A stretch of 64,000 nucleotides of DNA from the human T2T-CHM13v2.0 reference genome, Homo sapiens: assembly GCF_009914755.1 (NCBI RefSeq), contig NC_060927.1; one strand, 5' to 3'. How positions within the stretch are numbered: position 1 is the stretch's first letter; every line of letters begins with the position of its first letter. Position numbers and translations under genes: made by a program. The notes beneath the pieces are model-generated. The model worked only from the letters and a program-made list of their open reading frames with translations. It searched no databases and was not told the DNA's origin. This document shows, one piece after another, positions 1 to 19,704 of this stretch.

Positions 1-222
<222 letters not shown>

Positions 223-847
223 TGATTTTTACTTTCTAACTCTGTAATTTCCATTTTTTCTTTTAATGAGTATGTAATATTTTTATAATTAGAAAAACAT
301 AATGACTTTTTAAAGAAAGTTATTTTTAGGGCAAGTGACTCCTGGTTGGTGTTTGGGAAAGTGCCATCATATTGGATTTATTTACACTAACATTTAAGTA
401 ATTGAGAGACCCTTAATTCTCACAAGAGTCTCAGAGTTATTTTCTTTTTCAGTCAAGGCTGTCTTGAAGTGCCAAGGGACTACATCATCAGTATTGAGAA
501 CAAATTCAGGCAACATGAAAGAAGTTATTTAGGGCAAGATTTACCACTCTTTTCCTTTCTAGAAGTCTGCCCCGTAGTTAGTTAAAAATGGTCATGTTTT
601 CATATTTGGTTTTCCTCCACTCAATTCAACCAGTCTTTTTCTGACTACCTGCTATTTTCAAGCAAAGGGAAAACCATATAAAGAGAATTAAAGCCTAGTC
701 TTTGTACTCAGGGTTTATTTCTATCTTTTTCTAGATCTCAATGTCTGCAATTTCCTGTCAAATATGAGAACAACATCCCAAAGTGGGAGAACAGATGAAA
801 CAAGACGGATAAAATACTGAGAAGTCTTGAATATAAGTGATAGGTAC

Positions 848-930
848 CTGAGAGTCCTTTCTTTCTCTCTACTTTTGTGAATGCTTGAGATTTTCCATAA
901 TAGTTTTTAAAATCTGGCAAGGAAGATAAG
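848..930 (-). other. B4GALT4: B4GALT4 5' UTR exon (83 nt, probably alternative)
   Basis: Minus strand: pyrimidine tract and acceptor tttcctttccttttgttatag|CTTATC, donor CTCAG|gtacct; matches my recollection of the B4GALT4 mRNA leader. Confidence 0.7.
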
Positions 931-1499
931 CTATAACAAAAGGAAAGGAAACATAAGTGCTAAGTATCATTCTTGGAGAATCTCTAACCACACACATTTT
1001 TACTCCACTAAAGTGGGTGGGGAGGACACCATGTATCACTCTAAAAATATTTACTAAGCATTTGCACCAAGGAGAAAGGGTGTGTTCATTCGGCAGCTAT
1101 GAGCACCAAAATCAGCATTCCAACATCTCTGAACCTATCAGGTAATTTTGCAGACACAGGGCATGTGAGTGGGCTTGATGTTGTCCCAGGCACATGATCC
1201 TGATGCCTTGGGGCTCCCTGGGGCAACACCAGAAGAAAGACTGATTATTTTGCTACTCTTTTTACTCCTGCAGAGTTCCTAGGAGTTTACCTTTTACACA
1301 CACATTGCCCCACTTTCCTTAGGCCTTGGTATTCATTATCCCAATTACAACTCCTTTAGGAGACTTCTAAATGATCACTGGCCAGATCCTAAAGGGACAG
1401 TGGTTCCCTGGGCAGGGTAGGAATGGGATAAAAATGATGACAGCCATTTACATGTACAAGTCATTTAAACCCAGAGATTAAGCTCCTAACAGCCCAACC

Positions 1500-2200
1500 T
1501 AGAAGCATTTGAGTAATTTAAAAAAAAAATGATGGCACTGTATTTTAACCCATAGGATAAAGTGACTATCCACTAGTCTACACTGATAAAAATGATCAAA
1601 CAAATAAATGAATAGAAGAGAAGGGGCGGCTCTTTTCTTAAATTCCAACTAGTAAGAAAGTGAGCGATGGAAAAAAAATCACTCTCAGCAAACACCACTT
1701 AATAACTGTTGCAGACAAGGTTCACCAGTGGATGCTAAACTAACAGGCAAAAATTTGAGGATAAACAGTATAGTCTCAAAGTATCTCCCCCAAGATAATT
1801 CTTAACTACAAAGGGAAAGACAGTAACTTTGTAGTGGAGAAATCCAATCGCTCACCACAAGTTCATTCCACGATATACCTAACTGGTACTCTTCGAAGAA
1901 TCAAAATCATGAAAGACGAGGAAAAACTGAGGAACTATTTCAGATTGGAGGAGACTAAGGAGAAAGAAAAACTAAATAAAATGCAGGATCCTTGATAAAA
2001 TACAATGGGAACAGAAAAAAAAAAACAGACATTAGTAGGAAAATTGATGAATTTTCAATAAAGTTTGTAGTTTAGTTAATAGTATTGATCAATGTAGTAT
2101 GGTTATGTAAGGGGTTAATATTAGGGGAAGCTAGGTGAACTGTGTATCATTTTTACAACTTTTCTGTAAGTCTAAAATTAACTAAAACTAAAAATAAAGA
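1500..2200 (+). mobile_element. Old L1M (L1MC/L1ME-like) 3' region fragment
   Basis: Motifs aaagggaaa..gtaactttgtagtggagaaa, cagattggaggagactaaggaga and terminal acaacttttctgtaagtctaaaatt typical of L1MC/ME 3' ends; boundaries approximate. Confidence 0.65.
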
Positions 2201-2556
2201 GTCAGAGACTAGGTATAACCTGAGTCAACAAATGATAGTAAATTAACTTAATTCTCAAGGAGAATCATTGTTTTTGTATTCCTAGTGCCTCAAACCAACC
2301 TGACACATAGCAGGTACTCAATTTAGTAACAAATGACGGACTAGGATATACTAGTTGAAATACACAAGGACACATCATAATTCCAGGCTACTGCTAAAAG
2401 GAATGAAACATTAAAAAAGAAGGTGGGAAATAAAGATTAATAATATGAGTACAAAATTCCACCTGAGGAGGATTTTAAAAATTAAAAAGGCTCACCCCGA
2501 TACTAGCTCCCTTCAGTTCACTAATATCAACACTTTTCTAAGGGTAGGGTCCTCAC

Positions 2557-2774
2557 CTTTAACAAATGGCACTTTTGGTCACACCCACTGCCTTCCGCTC
2601 CTCTGCCTCTAAAAGTGATACTTCTCCTTGGCTTGGGGAGGAAGTGTTGCGTGGCCTGCCTCTTCCTTCATGAAGCCACAAAGTGCCACTGCGTGAGTTC
2701 CGTGGCACATTGGAACACAGTGTACCCGCCTCTGGGCAAGAGCCGTGGAAATCCACACATGAAGCCAGGTGGTC
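2557..2774 (-). other. B4GALT4: B4GALT4 5' UTR exon (218 nt)
   Basis: Minus strand acceptor ttgtttgggtgttgcag|GACCAC and donor TAAAG|gtgagg; unique sequence downstream of the CpG-island exon 1; consistent with recalled mRNA leader. Confidence 0.8.
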
Positions 2775-2999
2775 CTGCAACACCCAAACAACCAAAGTTA
2801 TTTTGTGTAGTATATGTTATGCAGCATAATAGAGAATTCACCAGAATTTCTGATGGGAGGTTCCAATAGAAGTTCATTGTGTACTTATATGTGACTTTCA
2901 GCTGTCCCTAAGAAACCAACAGTGGAGTCAGTAGGAGTTTACTTTCTGCAGTCATTAGGGGCACCTCACCGTAAACCTTCTTAAAAAGGTTTAAAAAGC

Positions 3000-3130
3000 T
3001 CTGAGATCATGGGTATAACAGGGCTCTGAAGTCACAAAGAGCTGAGTTCAAATTCTGGTTATCAGATGCATGAATGGCTTTTGACAAGTAACCTAAATGT
3101 TTTGAGTCTGTTTGGCCATTTATTTAAAAA
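3000..3130 (+). mobile_element. MIR SINE fragment
   Basis: gggctctgaagtca..gagctgagttcaaattctgg..acaagtaacctaa..tgagtctgttt resembles the MIR core. Confidence 0.55.
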
Positions 3131-3169
3131 GCATTTCTCAACATCTGGTTCCAAGAGAGCCTTTATCAA

Positions 3170-3318
3170 ATACATAAAGGAATGTGTTAAAACTGCAGAT
3201 TCCTGGGCCCCACTCCAAAGCCAATGGGTCAGAACAGCAGCCTCTAGGACTCAGAAAAATGAAATTTTAACAAGCTCCCCAAATGATTCTTATCTGCATT
3301 AAAGTTTGAGAACCACTG
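3170..3318. mobile_element. MER5A-like hAT-Charlie DNA transposon
   Basis: gcagattcctgggccccactcc...ttttaacaagctccccaaatgattctta..gcattaaagtttgagaaccactg. Confidence 0.75.
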
Positions 3319-3654
3319 ATATAAGAGAATGGACCTGGAATGCAATCAATCTTTCAGATATGTTAGTTTTCCCTCTGGTAAGGAAAAGCAGTAAGAAGAT
3401 ATGTGAAAATGAGATTTTAAAAATGTATTTGAAAGGTTTTTGATTCCATCATTTAGAAATGTATTCTAAGAAAATAATCAGAGAGGTATACCATGATATT
3501 CAAACCAACATTGCTAAAATAACCAAAAATTGAAGAGTCTAAATGTTAACAATAGCGATCTGATTTAATTAATTATAATACATCCATATGATGGGACATA
3601 TGCTTTCATTAAAATGTTTACAATAACTACACAGAAAAATGCTCATAACAGCTA

Positions 3655-4077
<423 letters not shown>

Positions 4078-4204
4078 TTAATTACAGTATTAGGAGAAAA
4101 CTTCTATTTCTTTTGTATCTTCTAATTTTTCTAAAATGGAGTTTTCATCAACAGAAACAATATTGTTTTCTGATAAAATGACTACATAGTTTTCCTTTAA
4201 AATA

Positions 4205-4493
4205 TAGTAGTCCTTGGTTTCACTTTCTGCGGTTTCAGTTAACCACAAAAAAATACGGTAAGATATTTTGAGAAAGAGATGACATTCATATCTTTTATCA
4301 CAGCATATTGTAACTGTTCTATTATTAGATATTATTCATCTCTTACTGTGCCTAACTTATAAGTTATACTTTAGTATAGATATGTATGCATATATAGAAA
4401 AAAACAGCGTATATAGGGTTTGGCACTATCCACGGTTTCAGGCATCCACTGTCAGTCTTGCAACATATCCCCCAAGAATAAGGAGGACGACTG
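4205..4493 (+). mobile_element. MER44A-like (TcMar-Tigger) non-autonomous DNA transposon
   Basis: gtttcactttctgcggtttcagtta...aagatattttgag...ggtttcaggcatccactg...gacgactg followed by TA. Confidence 0.75.
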
Positions 4494-4723
4494 TACATTA
4501 AAATTTAAAGATAACATCACAGACAGGAATTATAACTTTTAGTTACATAAGTTTGACAATTCATTCATATAACCTTTAAGAAAACCTGTTCTAAATAGGC
4601 CAAAAAGCCCCAATCTCAAAGAAAAACTTCAGAGGCTGTTAGTAATCTTCAGTGCCAGAGAACACTGTGGTCTGTGTTTGAAATGCCTATTCCCAGGCTC
4701 CAGCCCCAGAGATTTTTATTTCA

Positions 4724-5072
<349 letters not shown>

Positions 5073-6079
5073 CTAGGTAACTCTGAGTCACACAGCCAGG
5101 TTTTAGAAACCACTGTTCACTGATGGCTTAAAACAAAGAATAGAAAACCATCACTGATTTGCTTTGGATGTTTCCACTGAATAAAAGATCTTCAAAGAGA
5201 AGGTTAGTTCCCAAAACATTTGCATGCATCTCTGGAAAAGGCAGGCATTACTATTAGCTCGGCTTAAAGTAGATACTAAATACTTATTATATTAAGTGGC
5301 ATATAAACTACAACCACAGAGCTGATTTTATTGCCCTCTCTATCCACTTCCCCTTAGATTATGTAGTCAAACAGTTCAATCCAGGTCAGTACTTTTTCAC
5401 AACGTATGTTTTCAATCTGATCAAAGCTATAGGTAGACGAAAGTTATTGCAATTTCATGGGGTTTACAATTTCCATAAAGAACAAACCTGCTCTAGAAGA
5501 CAAAATTCCAAAAACTTCTGAACTATATCCAATCAAGCATTATCTCCTCTCCCAAGAGAGACCTTCCAGCACTCCCCGCCTGGGTCTCGGGAATAGCCCT
5601 CCCTTCTGAATCCCAGTTTCTCAATCCGGACCCTGAATCCTATTCATCCTGATCTCTCCTTGATTTTCTTGCATCTTAAAGGTGTTATTTTCCTTTCTTT
5701 AAAAATTTAAAAAAAAAAAAAAGCCACAACTCGCCTCCACGCTCAGATTACCATTTTCTTTTTCCTCCTTTTCATCACCTAACGGCTGAGGAGGTCTACC
5801 AGTACCCTCACCACCGCCACGTCCCCATCCCTCACCCACTCTGGAACACTTTGCAACAGTGTGCACACCCACCCACTGTTGATAACTACTCTCCTAAGGC
5901 TGCCAACCCATAGGCCTCTCCTCGATGCAGAGTCCTTTGGACTTTGTCTGTTTTTTTTCAAACCAAGAATTAACAGCCCTTATCTAATGGAAGACAGAAC
6001 ATCAAGGGATACAGATCAACAAACACTGGATGGCTGTCTCCGAAGTCTTTTATAATCCAGGTGACCAACCCCTTTGGAG

Positions 6080-6830
6080 AAAGGTCAAAGGTCGCCGGCC
6101 CCTCGCAGGACTGGGGCTGGTGTCAGCTGATCAGTTTCCCCGTTGAAACGCTGGAGAAGGAGGGTTTCCAGGAAGAAGGGGCTTTTTCAGGTTGATGCAC
6201 CCGGCGGAGAAGTGCTGGGGGCGACCCCGGAATCGTGACCTGGGGTATGAATGAGCCCTGGATTTTTTCCTACCCGGCAGCACCTCGTCTGGCTCCCCCG
6301 GCCCGCAGCAGAGGCGGCGCCGCGCGGAACGCCAGCACCTGAGCCGGTGCCTCCCGCCAGGCTCGGCCTCCGTAGGCCCCCGGCCCGGCCCACCGCTCCG
6401 GCTGAGGCGGGACTGCCCCACGGACGCCGCCACGTCATCCCCACGCCCGCCCCGCTACAGCCCTGGGACTGACCCCGGCCGTCGCCCGGCTACCCTCGCA
6501 CGGCGCCCGTGTCCAGGGAACTGCATTTCCCGGGCGCCGGCGGAGCCAGCGTACTCACCCCGGAGGCGGCCGCGGCGAGCTAGCACTGCCCGCGGAGAGG
6601 GGAGAACGCGGAAAGCAGCTCGGGGACCGCCCCAGCCGCCCGGGAGGCGGCTCTTGAGTACGAGCTCCGCCTCCCGCCTTGGCCGGAGAGGCTGGTCCGC
6701 CCGGCTCTGCACGCGCCTGGCGCTCCACCCCCGCCAAATCGACCACACCGGGCGCTGGAAGGAGCACCGGGAGGGAAACGGAGGGTTGACGCCTCGGCCT
6801 CTGGGTGGCTTTAAAACCCTGTGCCAATAG
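6080..6830 (-). promoter_or_regulatory. B4GALT4: CpG-island promoter of B4GALT4
   Basis: Very GC/CpG-rich; GC boxes (cccgcccc ~6446), CRE-like cacgtca ~6431, ccaat ~6824; contains the exon-1 donor. Confidence 0.85.
6559..6690 (-). other. B4GALT4: B4GALT4 non-coding exon 1 (5' end approximate)
   Basis: Consensus donor CCGGG|gtgagt on the minus strand (plus-strand actcac at 6553-6558) inside the CpG island; head-to-head with ARHGAP31 as at human 3q13. Confidence 0.75.
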
Positions 6831-7630
6831 TAGACTGGGTGCTGAGCGCTTCCCAAATTCCATCCCCTTAAATACTCACAAAGCAGTAGGAAAGAGATAG
6901 GGACCCTTCCGTTTTACAGAGTGGGAAACTGAGACTTTAGAGAGGCTAATAAACTTAATCACCCTGCGAGATTTCAGCCCTCTCAACTGCAAAAATGATA
7001 ATAATAATAATAATATTTTTCCCATGTTGCAGGTCTGAGAATATTAAATGATTTTTTTAAATCCGTATTTCTTCAAAGATATTATTACAGAAAGCAAAGA
7101 CAATTATATTTATACTAAAGATTTGAGTGAAAAATTATGGTAGGCTCTGTTTAGGCAGTCAGGATAGCTAGATTCTCTAATGCAGTCTCCCACTGCACTC
7201 ACGGGAAAGTAGTAGATTCTCCAAGAACCACACATCCACTCCACCCAAAAAGGAACAAACCATAGCTAGAGCCAGTGCTGGGCTCATTAAGCTTCATAGC
7301 AGGAAATCTGAGGCTATACTGAGGCCGCATAGGCCCAATGTAGGCCCTTGGAAGCTGGAAAAGAGGGCCACCTAGTGGCAGTTGAGGATAGGTCAGTGAA
7401 ATAGGTCAACACTGCTCCTGAACAAGGTCCAGTGTGAAACTTATTTTTTTGTGTTCCCTTTGTAACATGCTGTAAGGGTGTATAACCACATTTAGTGAAA
7501 AAGGACATTACTGGATTTCATCCAGTGGCGTTATACAATCAGTTACTTATACCCACATAGTCCCCAGGTCTTGAGCATATGATGCCTGGAAGCATAATAT
7601 ATACCTTTTGCAAGAATCACTCAGCTTTTC

Positions 7631-9271
7631 CCCTCCCCCTCCCCCTCTCTGTCTCCCTCCCCATCTCCCTCCCCCCTTTGCACGGTCCTCGTCTCCCCTT
7701 TGCATGGTCTCCCTCTGATGCCGAGCCGAGGCTGGACTGTACTGCCGCCATCTCGGCTCACGGCAGCCTCCCTGCCTGATTCCCCTGCCTCAGCCTGCCG
7801 AGTGCCTGGGATTGCAGGCGCGCACCGCCACACCTGACTGGTTTTCGTATTTTTTGGTGGAGACGGGGTTTCGCCGAGTTGGCCGGGCTGGTCTCCAGCT
7901 CCTGACCGCGAGTGGTCTGCCAGCCTCGGCCTCCCGAGGTGCCGGGATTGCAGACGGAGTCTCGCTCACTCAGTGCTCAATGTTGCCCAGGCTGGAGTGC
8001 AGTGGCTTGATCTCGGATCGCTACAACCTCCACCTCCCAGCCGCCTGCCTTGGCCTCCCAAAGTGCCGAGATTGCAGCCTCTGCCCTGCTGCCACGCCGT
8101 ATAGGAAGTGAGGAGCGTCTCTGCCTGGCCGCCCATCATCTGGGATGTGGGGAGCCCCTCTGCCCAGCCGCCCAGTCTGGAAAGTGAGGAGCGCTTCTTC
8201 CCGGCCGCCACCCCGTCTAGGAAGTGAGGAGCGTCTCTGCCTGGCCGCCCATCATCTGGGATGTGGGGAGCGCCTCTGCCCCACCACCCCGTCTGAGAGG
8301 TGAAGAATGCCTCTGCCCGGCGGCGACCCGTCTAGGAACTGAGGAGTGTCTCTGCCCCGCCGCCACCCCGTCTGGGAGGTGAGGAGCGTCTCTGACTGGC
8401 CGCCCTGTCTGAGAAGTGAGGAGCCCCTCCGCCGGGCAGCTGCCTGGTCCGGGAGGTGGGGGGCAGCCGCCCAGCCAGCCGCCCCGCCCGGGAGGTGGGG
8501 GGGCAGCCCCCGCCCGGCCAGCCGCCCCGCCCGGCAAGTGGGGGGCAGCCCCCGCCCGGCCAGCCGCCCCGTCCGGGAGGTGGGGGGCGCCTCTGCCCAG
8601 CCGCCGCCCCGTCTGGGAGGTGGGGGGCCCCTCTGCCCGGCCGCCGCCCCGTCTGGGAGGTGGGGGGCCCCTCTGCCCGGCAGCCCCGTCTGGGAAGTGA
8701 GGAGCCCCTCTGCCCGGCCACCACCCTGTCTGGGAGGTGTACCCAACAGCTCATTGAGAACGGGCCATGATGACGATGGCGGTTTTGTCCAATAGAAAAG
8801 GGGGAAATGTGGGGAAAAGAAAGAGAGATCAGATTGTTATTGTGTCTGTGTAGAAAGAAGTTGACATAGGAGACTCCATTTTGTTCTGTACTAGGAAAAA
8901 TTCTTCTGCCTTGGGATGCTGTTAATCTATAACCTTACCCCCAACCCCCTGCTCTCTGAAACATGTGCTGTGTCCACTAAGGGTTAAATGGATTAAGGGC
9001 AGTGCAAGATGTGCTTTGTTAAACAGATGCTTGAAGGCAGCGTGCTCGCTAAGAGTCATCACCACTCCCTAATCTCAACTACCCAGGGACACAAACACTG
9101 CGGAAGGCGGCAGGGCCCTCTGCCTAGGAAAACCAGAGACCTTTGTTCACATGTTTATCTGCTGACCTTCCCTCCACTATTGTCCTATGACCCTGCCAAA
9201 TCCCCCTCTCCGAGAAACACCCAAGAATGATCAATAAATACTAAAAAAAAAATAAATTTAAAAAAAAAAAA
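7631..9271 (+). mobile_element. SVA retrotransposon (older subfamily, SVA_B/C-like), essentially full length
   Basis: Degenerate CCCTCT head, antisense Alu-like region (~7710-8070), GC-rich VNTR (~8075-8740), SINE-R (~8740-9242), AATAAA 9233-9238, poly(A) 9243-9271. Confidence 0.97.
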
Positions 9272-9402
9272 GAGAATGTAGGCCAACAATAAGCCACAGG
9301 ATAACATCTCTGTCTGCCCAAATCACATTATGCTGAGGAAGTTTAATAATAAAGGAGAATAATAAAGGAGCCAAGCAAGTTAATCTAAAAAAAAAAAAAA
9401 AA
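9272..9402 (+). other. SVA 3'-transduced unique sequence plus second poly(A)
   Basis: 115 bp of non-SVA sequence with AATAAA at 9348 and 9361, poly(A) 9387-9402, then the 19-bp TSD AAGAATCACTCAGCTTTTC (7612-7630 = 9403-9421). Confidence 0.92.
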
Positions 9403-10361
9403 AAGAATCACTCAGCTTTTCTATATTTGGTAGCTGGTAGGTTATTAATTGGAGAAGTTGGGTTATTGCTTTCAGTAAGTGTAGGAAAGCAAGTAGCAGT
9501 GATATCTACAAAATTAAAGATAGCTTTCCAATCTGCTTTTGAGGTTTTAGGGTGGCTTTCATTTCACAGAGAGGCATTGGCATTAATAAAATTGTTTCCT
9601 AGGGGTTTTTTTTTTGGCATCAGTCCAGAAACCCAACAGTTGCTCTAGTTTTTCTTGTTAGAGCATGAGCCTTAGCTAAAGCCATCTATAAATTATGGTC
9701 CCATGGATTTCCCAGCAGGAAATATGGAAAAAATAGAAAAAAAGATAAGATAGTCATGATAGCAGAGAAGTCTTGATCCATGATCTTGAGAAAGCTGTCC
9801 ATGTCTAGGATGCCATCTGCTTCTGGGGAGAAACTTCCCTACCTTAAGATCTCCAACAGGTGTATAATTCCAAGAGTTTGAAGGGGCTCTTTTGAGTTAC
9901 AAGGTATGGACCAAAACTCGAGGCCCTGAAGTTTTACTGTGGGTGGTGAGAGAAGTACATGATATAATCTCTTCTAATGGGATACAAGAGCAGTTTTTCT
10001 CAGATGGGATGTTATTTCCAGAAGACTCAATCTCTGAGTTCTAGATTGTGAAAGGTTGGTTGTACTCAGTGTATCACAAAAGGCTTTTACCTGGGGAAAA
10101 CACACTTTCATATAATGGATTAAAGCTTTGCAGTATTTAGTTACAGCAAAGCTTATAAGAGCAGGAGATACATGAGAGTCTATTATTAAGGATATAGGTC
10201 TTCCCAGAACTAGTTTTTTGTCTACCCCATGATGAGTAATGGAGTACAGAGTTTTTAATAATGGAAGATTTAAGGACTCAGGAAGAACCAGGTGGCCATA
10301 TGGGGCCTCCATGAGTCCACACTTAGCAATAAATTTACATCCTTTTAAATATGTTTTGGTT

Positions 10362-10489
10362 ACCTAATGTTAAATAACAAGTTAATGGGTGCAGCACACC
10401 AACATGGCACATGTATGCATATGTAACTAACCTGCACGTTGTGCACATGTACCCTAAAACAAAGTATAGTAAAAAATTAAAAATAAAAA
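10362..10489 (+). mobile_element. Severely 5'-truncated L1PA (L1PA3-5-like) 3' end
   Basis: acctaatgttaaat..gttaatgggtgcagcacaccaacatggcac..accctaaaac plus A-tail; 15-bp TSD AAATATGTTTTGGTT (10347-10361 / 10490-10504). Confidence 0.9.
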
Positions 10490-10511
10490 AAATATGTTTT
10501 GGTTTGTCTAT

Positions 10512-18501
<7,990 letters not shown>

Positions 18502-18608
18502 AACAGTGTTGTTTCTCTAATTTAGTGCATAGCATTGTTTGTTAAATAGGTTAATGAATGTAATTTGAGTCTGATCAATCTTTACTCAAATTTATTCAAA
18601 TTGCATAT

Positions 18609-18984
18609 TGTATTAGTCCATTCTCACGCTGTTAATAAAGACATACTCGAGACTCAGTAACTTATAAAGGAAAGAAGTTTAATTGGCTCACAGTTCAGCA
18701 TGGCTGGGAAGGCCTCAGGAAACTTACAATCATGGCAGAAGGGGAAGCACACACATCCTTCTTTACATGGCAGCAGCAAGGAAAAGTGCCAAGCAGAAAA
18801 GGGGAAAGCCCCTTATAAAACCATCAGATCTCATGAGAACTCACTCACTATCACCAGGACAGCATGAGGGTAACTGTCCCCATGATTAAATTACTTCCTA
18901 CTGGGTCCCTCCCACGACACATGGGGATTACGGGAACTACAATTCAAAATGAGATTTGGGTGGGGACACAGCCAAACAATATCA
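18609..18984 (-). mobile_element. THE1 (THE1C/D-like) MaLR solo LTR
   Basis: tgtattagtccattctcac...gggtggggacacagccaaacaatatca; 5-bp TSD catat/catac. Confidence 0.9.
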
Positions 18985-19560
18985 CATACCTTAACAATTT
19001 CAATACTGGCTCACTTAGTGTGAAAATCTGGCAAAGCATTTCTTTGGTTTCAGTTAATTCTTGTCCTGCTTGATGTTGGGTTAGTAGTTTTATGAACCAG
19101 TCAGTTTCCTCATTAGACTTATGGAAATTCTTAGTCCAGTGGTATGATATTAAAGTTATCAGAAAGCTGTATTTGTCAGAATCTCTTCCATGAATCTTCT
19201 AAAAGACAAAATGCTTTAGGTATATACCTAGTTGCCTGTAACAGCTTTTAGGGAAGTATGAGAGTAAAACAATTAACTGTCTGTGAATCACAACACTTAA
19301 AATGGCCATGTTACCATGTTAAAGATTTGCTGAGAGTTCATCGTAACAACGACACAATTGACAAGGAACTTTGGCTATTTCAGTGGCATACAATATTTTA
19401 AGATAATAACTAGAATCATGACTGGACTGTAACTAGAATATTAAGACTATCAGATTTCTAGGAATTTCATACAACTTCTGGAATACATATTAATAACACA
19501 TCCATACAAATATAATTCAGTGAAGGCTTAGCATCATTTCTTATTTGAAAATGCTTCACA

Positions 19561-19704
19561 GCTGGGCACAGTGGTTCATGTCAGTAATCTCAGCACTTTG
19601 GGAGGCCAAAGTGGGAGGGTCACTTGAAGCCAGGAGTTTGAGACCAGCCGGGGCAACAAAGCAAGACCCCATCTCTAAAAATCTAAAACATAAGTAAAGT
19701 AAAA
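19561..19704 (+). mobile_element. Free left Alu monomer (FLAM-like)
   Basis: Single Alu left arm with A-rich tail; TSD gaaaatgcttc at 19547-19557 and 19705-19715. Confidence 0.85.

Noticed and set aside
5770-5960. Possible alternative B4GALT4 donor (AG|gtgatg at 5777-5778)
   Set aside because: Weak donor with no other support from the sequence
6131-6863. Several GC-rich ORFs (73-133 aa) over the B4GALT4 CpG island
   Set aside because: Stop-poor frames are expected in very GC-rich DNA; no recognisable protein; the B4GALT4 CDS starts outside the window
8075-8740. Repeat array superficially like a CRISPR or novel tandem system
   Set aside because: It is the SVA VNTR; there are no unique spacers and the context is eukaryotic
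7812-8795. Overlapping Pro/Gly/Arg-rich ORFs on both strands
   Set aside because: Translations of the SVA Alu-like and VNTR regions
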